A stretch of DNA of 64,000 nucleotides from Pristiophorus japonicus (lineage: Eukaryota). Where the stretch lies: the NCBI RefSeq assembly GCF_044704955.1, contig NC_091991.1, positions 69,936,001 to 70,000,000 on the forward strand. The letters are read 5' to 3'. A program made the translations under genes and the position numbers. Positions 1 to 12,409 of the stretch are shown here, one piece after another. The notes under the pieces are model-generated. The model saw only the letters and a program-made list of their open reading frames with translations, made no database searches and was not told the DNA's origin. Within the stretch, counting starts at the first letter, position 1. Each line of letters opens with the position of its first letter.

Positions 1-596
1 TGCATGAAATGACTTTGTCTACTATTTTAACGGATGCATTTAAAAGTCGCCATTAAAATACTGAACAAAGTAATTTGTGTGACTGCATTGAACAGCTATA
101 AGTGTCTAGGCTTAAGAGTTGATCTCCTGCCGAGTTGCACAGAGTGCACGAAATGTTCAAACTTTGGAGGGAGTGTAGAAACAGGTGGTATCGGATCGGA
201 TCTGTTATACACACGGCACGATTTTCGGGTTGGGCATAGAAAAGGCTGCTGATCCAGTATCGCTCCCTGACTGACATCGGCTCTGCAACCACCAATCCCC
301 CGGCCCCAAAGCACTTGCCTTGTGCCAGGGACCCTTGGATCCCAGGTCGTGTCTGGCTCCCCGCCGAATTCCAGCTCCCGCCCGGATGTCATTCCCGTTG
401 GCTTTGGGCAGCAGATAATGCAGGCAGATTTAAATTGCGCTGGGCTTCATGCCAAGAAGTTTATGTGGTACTCCCGCCCTGCACCCTGCCCACCTCAAAC
501 ACGTCTAGAGTCAAAATCGGAACTTATGGATCCAGACATGAGAATGGCACAACACTGACTGATGTTTAACACCAAGCAAATAGTTAACCAGATTAC

Positions 597-698
597 CTGA
601 AGTGGGTGATCTGATTTTCAAGGAGGCGCTGAAGTCTTTCTTTAATCTCATTAAATCTTTCCTTCTCTTCAACTGTTACGGTTCCAATTCCATCAGGT
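597..698 (-). CDS. CADPS2: CADPS2 coding exon: (R)[33 protein letters not shown](R)
   Basis: 102 nt; polypyrimidine tract with tttcag acceptor, donor gtaatc; phase 2 to 2; absent from the ORF track. Confidence 0.93.
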
Positions 699-772
699 CT
701 GAAAGAGAGAAGAGAAGCTGCCCTTTTAAATCTTGGAGGTCAAAACAGAAGCTCACAGTAAGTTATACTTAC

Positions 773-856
773 TCTTTGACGACAATAGGGGTGATTCTTC
801 GATTTTGTGAAGGAGCCTTGCTCCTTTGCAGAGTTAGCAACATTTCAGAAATTTGG
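773..856 (-). CDS. Candidate 84-nt alternative cassette exon of CADPS2: (S)QISEMLLTLQRSKAPSQNRRITPIVVK(E)
   Basis: gtaagt donor at 772-767; ccag acceptor with a weak pyrimidine tract; phase 2 to 2, stop-free; 74-nt intron to the next exon. Confidence 0.4.
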
Positions 857-1224
857 CTGGACGCTCACTACAATTTTCCAACAGTTTTGATCAGAAAATC
901 GTGGGCTTGCAAGTCCATATTCATGATTTCCACTCTCAGTGGGCAAGGTTCCAGATTAAGAAAGCAAAGTCGGAATATTCCCCCAATATTCTTTTGCCTA
1001 TTTAAATTGAAGGGGAGAGGGAGAAGACTTCTCCATGAACTGAGGAGGAGAGGGAGATGAGCACTACTATGAACAGGAGGATAAAAAGAGAGAATAGGAG
1101 TGGCTCTGTGAACTGGGACGGTGGGGAGGGGGGGGGGGGGGGGGCAGGGGCAGCATTGAAGAGCGACAAGAGCAAGTTCCTCTGTGTCACTGTGACAACC
1201 GTATAAAAATATATTTATTTTATA

Positions 1225-1652
1225 TTCATTCTCAGGATATGGGTGTTTCTGGCCAGTCCAGCATTTATTGCCCATTCCTAGTTGCCCTGATGGCAGTTTG
1301 ATATGACTGAGGGGCTTGCAAGGTCATTTCAGAAGGCCAACCACATTGGGTGTGGAATTGAAGCCGGCACAGGCTCGATGGGCCGAATGGCCTCCTTCTG
1401 TGCTGTAACCATTCTATGATTCTATAGACCAAATCGATGAGGACTGCAGGTTTCCTTCCCAAAAGGACATTAGTGGACCAGTTTGGTTGTTACATCAATC
1501 CGACAGCTTCATGGTTATTTTTACCAATACCAGCTTTTCATTTCCAGGTTTTTTTTTCAAAACTGAATTCAAATTTTTAAACTGCGACGGTGGGATCTAA
1601 ATGTTCTCTGGATTATTAGTCAAGTACTGTAACCACTACACTACCATACCCG
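1225..1652 (-). mobile_element. tRNA-head SINE interrupted by a short CR1 3' tail (about 1365-1425, + strand)
   Basis: tRNA-like head on minus near 1650 (ggtagtgtagtggtta...); 3' end catttattgccca is shared with the LINE at about 42.2 kb; inserted piece ends ttctatgattctat. Confidence 0.55.
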
Positions 1653-1774
1653 TTTCAATGCAACAATCAGATAGAGCAACAGAGAGTAACAGTACATATC
1701 CAAAATAACCAAATATTGTTTGACAAGAAATAAGGGAAAATCCTGCTGCTTTTGCCTCAATCCTCTGCTATACA

Positions 1775-2112
1775 AAACATAGAAACGTAGAAACAGAGAA
1801 ATTTACAGAGCAGAAGGAGGCCATTTCGGCCCAACGTGTCTGTGCCGGCCGACAAAGAGCCGCACAGCCCTTTGTCAGCAGCCCTACAGGTTACATATAA
1901 ACCCTGAACAATAACGGAAAGGCAAAGAGCACCAAGCCCAACCACTCCGCCCCACACCACTGCGACACCCCTTATACTAAAAAAATCTACACTCACCCCA
2001 ACTGGAGCCATGTGATCTCCTGGGAGAGGCAAAAACCAGATAAAACCCAAGGCCAATTTAGGGAGAAAAAATCTGGGAAAATTCCTCTCCGACCCATCCA
2101 GGCGATCGAAAC
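1775..2112 (-). mobile_element. CR1-type 3' UTR fragment
   Basis: (catagaaa)n-like tail followed by gaaggaggccatttcggccc, the reverse complement of the CR1 3' stem-loop. Confidence 0.65.
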
Positions 2113-2575
2113 TAATGAAAAAATGTTGGCTATATCTACAGTTTAAGTTCTAACCAGCCAATCTGGCTCCTTCCAGGCTACCAGAGGGGATTTCTGTAAC
2201 ATTAGTCAATTAGCAATGTACAGATGCAGCAAGTAGGTCACTGATATTTTCTTCAGAAAATAAATAGTTTGCTGATTTGACCTGTTTTGTGATGGACAAG
2301 CTGACTCGTTTTGGGCCACTGGTGGGCTACTACTCCAGGGCTAGAATGAAAAAGCAATATCTTCAAATGGAACTTGTACTGCCAACTCATTATCCTGATT
2401 GCTGCGTGTAGCCAGCGCTAACCATGCTGTTCATTGGCTGCACACATCATTAGGTGGCCCAATATCGTTACTTGCTGGTACTACTTAAAGCTTCCTGCAC
2501 CTCTTAAAGGGAAGGTGCACTGTGGCTGCTGGAGGTGCTGGCAACATTTGGAATAGTGCCGTGCAACAATGAACA

Positions 2576-4340
2576 ATGGCTGACCATGGGGGAAAGCATG
2601 CACCACGGTTTTCCGATGCTGCACTGGAGGTCATGGTGGGGGAGGTTGAAAGGAGGAGAGATGACCTGTATCTGCAGGGGGCCCTCCAGACACATGGTGA
2701 GAAGGCAGTGGGAACAGATAGCCGCAGAGGTCAATGCCAGGAGTTTAGCCCCGAGGATCTGGATGCAGTGGCACAAGAAGTTTAATGATCTCACACATGT
2801 GGTCAAGGTCTGTGAATGCACCTTCAAATGCCATATCCTACCAACTGCACCACTGGCCTCAGCCACTGCTCAATTCACCATATCCCCATTACTCACCTAC
2901 CAACAATCTCTATCAATCATGACTCATAGCTAACATTCATATCATTCACCTCACCCTTACATACTTAGCATTGTTGCAAGCCTCACATCCACATCTCACA
3001 GCTTGCAAGCACAAATAACTATTCAACCATGACAGCCACATCACCCAAACACTGCACGACACTCAGTGACACACTTTCCTCTCTGTTGCAGAAGCAGGTT
3101 GCGCACAACTGGAGTCAGCAGGAGCTAACCGGAGGGAGAGAGGTGCGTCTGCATGTTCCAACCCCCATAGAGGAGATGGTGCTAGCTATTATCCGAAGGG
3201 CCGTAGCTGAGGTCGTGGCCAGCAGTGGGGCTGAATCCACTGAAGATGATGGTATCCTCATACCGAATCCTCCTTTTCACATCCCACTTCCTCCTCATCC
3301 CACAATCTCTTCTGACTTACAAGCTACAGATGGTGTAAGCAGCACTTCTTAACTTCCCCTCTCGCCTCACCACAACCTTATCCTGCCCCATTTTCCTTTC
3401 AGATACCCAAGAAGTGCAACGTGGCCAGGCAGTTGAGGAAGACCAAGAAGACAGTGATGATGAAGACAAACCGTCACTTGATTTCACATTCGGATCCACC
3501 AGCTCAGATATTGACTGTGCATATCTAGAGGATAACATGGAGGCGGGCAGCATCTGCATGTGGTGAGACACCGGGCACAAGTATGCTGCAGCCACAGTAG
3601 AGGGCAATGATAGCACAGGAGCAAGATTGCCAAGAGGACTCCGATGAGGATTTCAATGAGCCAGGCTGCAGAAGAACGCTGATGGGTGTACACAACAAAA
3701 TGCTTGGTGCATTGGGAAGCCTGCCGGAAAACCTACGTTCAATGTCAAGGAGCATGGAGGAGTCCAGCACCAACTTGGCACAGGGCTTTGCACAGAGCTT
3801 GAAGCCCATCCTTTCCAGCATAGAACTGGTGGCCAACTCCATCAGCACACTTGTGGACCCAATCATGCTCCAGCATCTGATGGCCAATGTCTCAGCTTCC
3901 ATTGCAGCACAGGCAGCTTCCACCAAAAGTCTGAGTGCTGCAGTGGAAGCTCAGACAGCTGCCATCATGGCCGTGGATACCAGTGTTCAAAGGGGCTTGC
4001 AGGTTGTCACAGCAGTTCAGCAATCTTTCCTCCAAGAGAGGTGCTGCCCCGAATGAGTGATAGCATTTGTGATCCTAGCCTTGCCACTCCGCCAGAGCCC
4101 TTGCTGCTGCCTGTTAGCCTGCCAGCCCAGACTGCTGCCACCAATGCCGAGGTGGTGCAGTCCGAAGACGGTCCTTCTTGGCCCAGAGCTGCTTGAGGTC
4201 GTCCTCCAAGGCCATCTGCAGTCTCCTCCACTAAAAGTCAGCAGCCTTACACCAGCCATGCTGCAGCCACTGGGATAGCACTGCATAGGAGCACTAAGGC
4301 AGGCAAAGGCACACGGAAGACAGGCACCAAGTGACGCATG
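2576..4340 (+). pseudogene. Harbinger Myb/SANT-like DNA-binding protein gene; exons about 2576-2807, 3092-3251, 3403-4340; frameshifted
   Basis: APRFSDAALEVMV..., WEQIAAEVNARSLAPRIWMQWHKKFNDL trihelix motif, TGG motif in exon 2, ttgcag and tttcag acceptors. Confidence 0.8.
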
Positions 4341-4479
4341 ATTTTATTGATAAATTTGGAATGTGTATTTTGTGCTGGCTTGTATTTTTGCATTGTGACC
4401 AAGAGCACAATGTGACGGTCAGTGACAGAGGGAAGGAGTGTGGGACTGTTGGTAAATGGGGAATTGGGGTTGAGCTTAC

Positions 4480-5600
4480 TGGTATCGCACCTGAATTAGT
4501 TCTTCACGTACAGCCCAGACAGAAAGGGGCTATATGTTTCAGCCTCCCTTCCTCTTCCTCTTCCTCCTCGTGCTCCTGCTCATTAGCTTCTTGCCTGATA
4601 GCTGATGACAAAGGCTGTTCCCTCATGATGGCCAGTTTTGCAGAATGCAGCAGGCCACCACGAATCTTGAGACCCGCTCAGCCGGGTACTGCAGGGCTCC
4701 TCCACAGAGCAATCTAGGCAGCTGAGTCATTGCTTCTGCGTGTCAATGGTCTGCTGTATCCTATTTCTTGTGGCAGCATGGCTCTCATCGTATGTATGCT
4801 GTGCACATGTGCATGGGTTGTGAACTGGAATCATGAGCCAGGTCATCAGTGGATGCCCTCGTCATCCAGGAGCCACCCTTTGGTTTGCCGTGGTGGCTGA
4901 AATACAGCTGGCACAGCGGACTGCCACACAATGAAGAGATAACGACTGCTGCCAGGATACCAGGCATTGACCTGCATGATGTGCTGCCTATGGTCGCACA
5001 CCAGCTGCTCATTGAGGGAGTGGAATTTCTTTCGGTTCCATCATATGGCAGAGTTGACATGCGGCTCCCACAAAATAGGGTACATGTAGTCAATGACACC
5101 CTGCACCATGCAGAAGTCTGGAAAGCTTGCAAACCCTAATGCTTGCTCCGCCTGTTTCTCTCTGGCAAGAGGGAGTTAAATGACATTATCTCACTTTGAA
5201 TACAATGCCTCAGTGACCTCCTTTGTACAATAGTGGACTGCAAGCTGTGTGATGTTGCTAATATCTCTAGCACCAGCCTAGAAGGTGCCAGATGCATAAA
5301 AGTTCACAGCCACGGTCACCTTCACAGTCACTGGCAATTCAGTCCTTGCCCGGCTCGGAGGTTGGAGTTGTGGCTGCAGCAGTTGACAGATTTCAATGAC
5401 GACTTCCTTAGTGAAGTGCAGATGTCTCAAACATTGGTCGTCGCCGAGGTTCAGGAATTGTTCCCTGAACACTCTGAACGGATATGGCCGCCTGCCGAGA
5501 GCCCATCGCCCCCTCCTCCTCCTCCTTCTTCTCTGCGGGGTCTCTGCTCACTCTCCCAGTCATGCTTGATTCCAAGAGGAAGGTGTACAAGTGCACCCAT
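4480..5600 (-). pseudogene. Harbinger (HARBI1-like) DDE transposase pseudogene
   Basis: CLRHLHFTKEVVIEICQLL, LPVTVKVTVAVNFYASGTF, VQGVID and NRKKFHSLNEQLVCD motifs with stops and frameshifts. Confidence 0.85.
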
Positions 5601-5740
5601 GCCTGGGAGCAATTGGTTTGTGCAGCAGCCTAGAATTCAGCAAAAAGCCCTTCAGCACCTGCCACACCACTCCCTGTAGACTTTTGAAACTTGAAACAAC
5701 CATGGAACATGTAGAATTGTAGCAACAACCAGAAGGAATC

Positions 5741-6206
5741 AAAAAGAAAGAAAGACTTGCATTTATATAGTGCCTTTCACGACCACCGGACGTCTCAAAA
5801 TGCTTTGCAGCTAATTAAGTACTTTTGGAGTGCAGTCACTGTTGTAATATGGGAAACACGGCAGCCAATTTGCGCACAGCAAACTCCCACAAACAGCAAT
5901 GTGATAATGACCAGAAAATCTGTTTTTGTTATGTTGATGGAGGAATAAATATTGACCAGGACACCGGGGATAACTCCCCTGCTCTTCTTCGAAATAGTGC
6001 CATGGGATCTTTTACATCCACCTGAGAGAGCAGACAGGGCCTCGGTTTAACGTCTCATCCGAAAGACAGTACCTCCGACAATGCAGGACTCCCTCAGCAC
6101 TGCACTGGAGTGCCAGCCTAGATTTATGTGCTCAAGTTCCTGGAGTGGGCTTTGAACCCACAACCTTCTGACTCAGAGGCAAGTGTGCTACCCACTGAGC
6201 CACAGC
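5741..6206 (-). mobile_element. Near full-length tRNA-derived Deu-domain SINE (SacSINE1-like) inserted in the Harbinger element
   Basis: A box tggctcagtgg, B box ggttcaaagcc, Deu core ggatgagacgttaaaccgaggccc...gtaaaagatcccatggcactatttcgaagaagagcagggg, tail tataaatgcaagtctttctttc. Confidence 0.8.
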
Positions 6207-6540
6207 AACTAACTTGTAAGTAACTGATGATCCTTTAAATAACGCTGGTCCTTCCTGCTGCTTAATGCATGTGCAGCTGTGCGAGGTTAAGTGAGGACGT
6301 CGGCTGGAGCATGGAGCTCCAAAATGATAGCACTGGCGTTAAATGAGCATTGCACGCTGACTGTCGTCACGATCTGCCTACTCTGCAAATTTCCAGTGGA
6401 CGGTAAGTGCGCAGACTTCATTTTTGAACCCTAAGGGCACTCGCAGTACCAGCCCAAATTCACCCCCTACATCTGTTTAAAAAAAAAATCAGCCTAACTG
6501 GCTGCTTCCCTCACACCATCACAATGGTATGAATGTTATG

Positions 6541-6775
6541 TATAGGCAGTCTCTCGTGACAAGGATGATGCTCTTCACAGCAAAAAAAGATGGGCTCACA
6601 GGTGTTACAATGAGTTACATCTTAAAGGGTGGAAGATGCCTGTGCGTGGATCTTTTTAATGTATGGTGACCGTTGCACACCAGCCACCACACGGGCTTGA
6701 CAGAGCTAGGTCTTGGTCCAGTGGCGAGGGTTGACCAAGACGACTGGAGACCAAGTTCTGCTGTGCATCCCCTGG
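6541..6775 (-). mobile_element. Short RTE-derived non-autonomous element (3' end plus probable 5' UTR part)
   Basis: begins ataggcagtctctcg, like the RTE 3' ends at 28.58 kb and 36.45 kb; no ORF in the remainder. Confidence 0.45.
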
Positions 6776-8218
6776 GCCACGGCCCTGCCGCTGTTAAATG
6801 CCGCGCCGCTCCTGGGCCACGATCCCGCCGAATGTTCTCTTATGCAGTGATGTCAGTGTAAGGCACATTGAGTAAGTAGCCTCACTAACATGGGTCACAA
6901 GGACATCAGAATGAAACTTAGTTGGGTCCTGTCGGGCTGCAGGGCAGATCAAGGATAATTTGGGCACACCCCACAAATGGTCTTCAGTGGTCATGAAGAC
7001 TGATCACTTTTTTTTTGAGCTGGGCTTAATCTTGTGCTGTGACAGAAATGTAAAATGAGCAAGTGCTGGGCATCTTAATTGCAGCATCTTTAAAAGGTCA
7101 ATATAACTTGAAATCTATGGATTGTGTTCACTTAGAAATTATGCCCCACATTTCAGACTGGAAAATAGGAACAGAAACAAGAGCGAGCCGTCTTACTTTG
7201 TGAATTAGCCAGGGTTTTATCCAGCTGAATCTCACATGATGCTGCATTTAATTTTCTGCTGTGTTAAGTGTTCACATGCAGTTTTACAATCAATGACTGC
7301 AGATTGCTAATAAACTGAGGAGCTTTTCTATCAATTTAGAAGGGGACTGTAATCCACGCCGAAGAAAAAGGAAGCTGAATTCTTATCCTTTCCTAAGAAG
7401 GGGCGGCTCCACACTGGCATTGTTAGTTAAGAGGTGCAATGTTGCCTGGAGATTTTCTGGCCAGTCGTACACAGTGAAAAGTAAATCCCTTTTCAGGCGC
7501 CCCTTAAAGTGGAAGCTGTACATGTTCCGCTCAGTCATCCTCCCATCCAGCAACCCGCTGTGAAACAAACCCATCCAAATCCTTAGTTACTCTATTGCTC
7601 TCCAAAGCTTGGAAACAACAGAATGGCAGCACAATGCACACGGGTCAACAAGGCTCCATTTGCTTTCAGTTTTCTTTCTTTCACAAATAAATTCAGACAT
7701 GGACTATGGATTAGGAATGGCTCGCAATACAAAATTGGGCATAATAGCTCATTTCTTAAAGACATGGGATCTGTATGAAAGTGTGTAGCAAAGGTTAAAG
7801 GTCACAAGAGAACTTCTGTCAAGTCTATTTTTCCAACACACTGCAAGCTTTCTACAACACATCATCAAATTGTTCCCAATTCCTGCTTTTAATGCTGCAG
7901 TGTAACTTTATGCATGGAATAGTGATTGACAGTGATGCTGCACTTAAATCTGGAGGTGTGTTAAACTTTAGGGAAGTAAGACAGAAAAACGAACAATTAA
8001 TCGAAAGTCATTGAGAAAACCTCCACTAAGTGAAAAGAAAAACCTCAGTACAGTAGGCACATTTGAGTTTTTGCTAATGAACTTTTGCTATTTTAAACTA
8101 AAATGTTTGATCATTTGACCTTTAAAATTCCAGAAGTAACCCTGACCATAAGACGACAGATTGTTGGTAAAATACAATAGTGAAATTCTGAACATAACTA
8201 CTGAATATACAAAACATC

Positions 8219-8490
8219 AACTTGCATTTATAAAGCACCTTTAACATAATAAAATGGCCCAAGGTGCTGCATACGAGTGTTATCATACAAAATTTGACAC
8301 CAAGCCACACAAGGAGATATTAGGACAGATGATGAGGTAGGTTTTAAGGAGCATTTTAAAGGAAGAAAGAAAGGTAGAGAGGTGGAGAGGTTTAGGGAGG
8401 GAATTCCAGAGCTTAGGACCTTTGCAGCTGAATGCACAGCCACCGATAGTGGAGCGATTAAAATCGGGGATACGTGAGAGGCCAGGATTG
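8219..8490 (-). mobile_element. L2 LINE 3' fragment
   Basis: ORF2 C-terminus GGCAFSCKGPKLWNSLPKPLHLSTFLSSFKMLLKTYL and tail tataaatgcaagttg. Confidence 0.75.
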
Positions 8491-8785
8491 TAGCACCCAG
8501 TATTAATTATATGAACCACATTCATAACTTTTACAATTTTCAACAGGATGGTTTTCTTGCCAATTTTATGCCCTCCTGAAGCTATCGACTCCTTGGTGGA
8601 ATACATTGGTGCTGAGTGATTTCCAGTACTTCAGCCAAGCTGTCATTGTCTGAAAGTGAGCATCAGTGGAGTGTTCAAAGAGATATGATAGTCAAGCTTT
8701 ATCTATCCTCACAGAGTGCTCCATTTGGAGTTAGCAGCAGGAACCCTGGTAGATTTTTCCCACCCTGGGGCTCTAAGGCCATTTG

Positions 8786-9105
8786 TAAAGAAAGAAAGAT
8801 CGATTTGTATTTATAAAGCACCTATCTTGAACTCAGGACATCCCAATGCACTTCACAGCCAATGAAGTACTTTTGAAATGTAGTCATTGTTGTAATGTAG
8901 GAAACACGGCAGCCAATTTGCTCACAGGAAGCTCCGACAAACAACAATGAGGTAATGGCCAGATGAGCTGTTTTGGCGATGTTGGTCGAGGGAAAAATAT
9001 TAGCCAGCACACTTGGGAGAATTAGATTTTGTACTCAAACCTGTGGAGTAGGACTTCAACCCATGACTTTCTCACTAAGAGGTGAGAGTGCTACCACTGA
9101 GTCAC
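8786..9105 (-). mobile_element. Deu-domain SINE, internally deleted, nested in an older SINE (about 8590-9200)
   Basis: same tail and head as 5741-6206; flanks resemble the SINE family at 12410-12720 in reverse. Confidence 0.65.
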
Positions 9106-9206
9106 ATCTAGCAGTTGTAGCACCACTGCCACCCTGCTGAACGGCAATTTGCTCTGATCGGGCGTCGGATCCACGCGGCACCCTCTACGGGAGATGTATA
9201 GCGTGT

Positions 9207-11509
9207 GAAGAGTGACCATAATATGGTGGAATTCTGCATTAGGATGGACAATGAAACAGTTAATTCAGAGACCATGGTCCAGAACTTAAAGAAGGGTAAC
9301 TTTGAAGGTATGAGGCGTGAATTGGCTAGGAAAGATTAGCGAATAATACTGAAGGGGTTGACTGTGGATGGGCAATGGCAGACATTTAGAGACCGCATGG
9401 ATGAACTACAACAATTGTACATTCCTGTCTGTCGTAAAAATAAAAAGGGAAGGTGGCTCAACCGTGGCTATCAAGGGAAATCAGGGATAGTATTAAAGCC
9501 AAGGAAGTGGCATACAAATTGGCCAGAAATAGCAGAGAACCCGGGGACTGGGAGAAATTTAGAACTCAGCAGAGGAGGACAAAGGGTTTGATTAGGGCAG
9601 GGAAAATGGAGTACGAGAAGAAGCTTGCAGGGAACATTAAGACGGATTGCAAAAGTTTCTATAGATATGTAAAGAGAAAAAGGTTAGTAAAGACAAACGT
9701 AGGTCCCCTGCAGTCAGAATCAGGGGAAGTCATAACGGGGAACAAAGAAATGGCGGACCAATTGAACAAGTACTTTGGTTCGGTATTCACTGAGGAGGAC
9801 ACAAACAACCTTCCGGATATAAAAGGGATCGGAGGGTCTAGTAAGGAGGAGGAACTGAGGGAAATCCTTATTAGTCGGGAAATTGTGTTGGGGAAATTGA
9901 TGGGATTGAAGGCCAATAAATCCCCAGGGCCTGATGGACTGCATCCCAGAGTACTTAAGGAGGTGGCCTTGGAAATAGTGGATGCATTGACAGTCATTTT
10001 CCAACATTCCATTGACTCTGGATCAGTTCCTATGGAGTGGAGGGTAGCCAATGTAACCCCACTTTTTAAAAAAGGAGGGAGAGAGAAAACAGGGAATTAC
10101 AGACCGGTCAGCCTGACATCGGTAGTGGGTAAAATGATGGAATCAATTATTAAGGATGTCATCGCAGTGCATTTGGAAAGAGATAATATGATAGGTCCAA
10201 GTCAGCATGGATTTGTGAAAGGGAAATCATGCTTGACAAATCTTCTGGAATTTTTTGAGGATGTTTCCAGTAGAGTGGACAAGGGAGAACCAGTTGATGT
10301 GGTATATTTGGACTTTCAGAAGGCTTTCGACAAGGTCCCACACAAGAGATTAATGTGCAAAGTTAAAGCACATGGGATTGGGGGTAGGGTGCTGACATGG
10401 ATTGAGAACTGGTTGTCAGACAGGAAGCAAAGAGTAGGAGTAAATGGGGACTTTTCAGAATGGCAGGCAGTGACTAGTGGGGTACCGCAAGGTTCTGTGC
10501 TGGGGCCCCAGCTGTTTACACTGTACATTAATGATTTAGACGAGGGGATTAAATGTAGTATCTCCAAATTTGCGGATGACACTAAGTTGGGTGGCAGTGT
10601 GAGCTGCGAGGAGGATTCTATGAGGCTGCAGAGCGACTTGGATAGGTTAGTTGAGTGGGCAAATGCATGGCAGATGAAGTATAATGTGGATAAATGTGAG
10701 GTTATCCACTTTGGTGGTAAAAACAGAGAGACAGACTATTATCTGAATGGTGACAGATTAGGAAAAGGGCAGGTGCAAAGAGACCTGGGTGTCATGGTAC
10801 ATCAGTCATTGAAGGTTGGCATGCAGGTACAGCAGGCGGTTAAGAAAGCAAATGGCATGTTGGCCTTCATAGCGAGGGGATTTGAGTACAAGGGCAGGGA
10901 GGTGTTGCTACAATTGTACAGGGCCTTGGTGAGGCCACACCTGGAGTATTGTGTACAGTTTTGGTCTCCTAACCTGAGGAAGGACATTCTTGCTATTGAG
11001 GGAGTGCAGCGAAGGTTCACCAGACTGATTCCCGGGATGGCGGGACTGACCTATCAAGAAAGACTGGATCAACTGGGCTTGTATTCACTGGAGTTCAGAA
11101 GAATGAGAGGGGACCTCATAGAAACGTTTAAAATTCTGACGGGGTTAGACAGGTTAGATGCAGGAAGAATGTTCCCAATGTTGGGGAAGTCCAGAACCAG
11201 GGGACACAGTCTAAGGATAAGGGGGAAGCCATTTAGGACCGAGATGAGGAGGAATTTCTTCACCCAGAGAGTGGTAAACCTGTGGAATTCTCTACCACAG
11301 AAAGTTGTTGAGGCCAATTCACTAAATATATTCAAAAAGGAGTTAGATGAAGTCCTTACTACTAGGGGAATCAAGGGGTATGGTGAGAAAGCAGGAATGG
11401 GGTACTGAAGTTGCATGTTCAGCCATGAACTCATTGAATGGCGGTGCAGGCTAGAAGGGCCGAATGGCCTACTCCTGCACCTATTTTCTATGTTGCTATG
11501 TTTCTATGT
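9207..11509 (+). mobile_element. Young 5'-truncated CR1 LINE with an intact 651-aa RT portion of ORF2 (9453-11408)
   Basis: KSPGPDG, NYRPVSL, QHGF, LDFQKAFDKV, GVPQGSVLGP, FADD, RGHSLR and WNSLP motifs; 3' stem-loop; (tttctatg)n tail; frameshift near 9450. Confidence 0.95.
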
Positions 11510-11899
11510 GAGAGCAGGTCAAGCAACAGCGTGGCTCTTCAACAAATCAGATTGATGAATCTTCACTGAGACAATCAGGGGTGAATTTTATCACCCAAAA
11601 ATGGATGGGTTTGGGTTAGGTCAGATGTAAAAATTTTTAAAGTCTCAAACCCGACCACTTCCGGGTTTAACAGTCCTGGTCCCAGGGGGGGCAGATTAGC
11701 AATTTCAATATTTTAATGAGGCTGGCAGCCTCTGATACCGTGTCCGGCCAGGTTTCCCAGGCCACGGTAAACATGGCAGCTGAGGGGAGGCGAGGACAGC
11801 TTCAGGGAAAGGTAAACTCCTTTACAGGACTGCTTGTGGGTTATGAGGAGCAGGAGTGTTTCCCCCCAACACTCTCTGCCATGTTTAGTTGGTAACTAG

Positions 11900-12116
11900 T
11901 GGGCAAGTACCACAACTTCACGTCATTACATGGATTTTAATGCTGAGTCTCTTGGTGAGATACTGGTATAGCAAAGCTTCTGGAGGAGCAGGGCACTTAA
12001 ACAGCAACTTCCTGATTTCTATGTTTAACTGCGCATGTGCAGTCGCCAGAAGTTGCTGCCCGATTTACTCCATAATAATGCTAAGTGCTGAAATTTCTGC
12101 TGCAAAATCCGAGCTA
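11900..12116. mobile_element. MITE fragment, same family as 45954-46712 in the opposite orientation
   Basis: acagcaacttcctg...gcgcatgtgcagtcgccagaagttgctgcc is the reverse complement of about 46020-46080; ends gcaaaatccgagc. Confidence 0.6.
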
Positions 12117-12409
12117 TTAAACGCAACCAAATAATAATTTACTGTTATTGCCCCAGATTTATACATCAAAAAAATATACATCAGTATAAGTCTCCAATCT
12201 GCGCTGGCCAGGGGAGATGGCGAGCAGAGGCCTGAATAAACAGGGGATAAGTGTTGCCAGTCAAGTCACGCACAACCCACTCTCACACAACATGAGCCAC
12301 TCCCAAACCCTGGTAGCACGTCACCTGTTGCAAAATGGTGCTGAAAGGAATCTAACAAGCTCCCACAAAGACCTGAGTAAAGGCACTGACTGATGTCGTA
12401 GAACGTAAT

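Larger units (their letters stand above)
2330..6468. mobile_element. Decayed autonomous-type PIF/Harbinger DNA transposon with convergent Myb/SANT and transposase genes
   Basis: Myb/SANT gene on +, HARBI1-like transposase on -; right TIR-like aaattcaccccc at about 6457-6467; left boundary uncertain. Confidence 0.85.

Noticed and set aside
602-1275. 152-aa (+) and 135-aa (-) ORFs and the poly-G run at about 1122-1149
   Set aside because: One is antisense to a real exon and the other crosses a homopolymer; no recognisable domain
4480-5600. Host HARBI1 gene or a NAIF1-like gene pair
   Set aside because: Multiple stops and frameshifts, paired convergently with a Myb gene, and a related copy at 32-36 kb: a transposon fossil
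6120-6206. tRNA gene (A and B boxes)
   Set aside because: It is the head of a multi-copy SINE and does not form a complete cloverleaf
9453-11408. 651-aa ORF as a host or domesticated RT gene
   Set aside because: It is a 5'-truncated CR1 ORF2 lacking the endonuclease, with the CR1 tail and near-identical copies nearby
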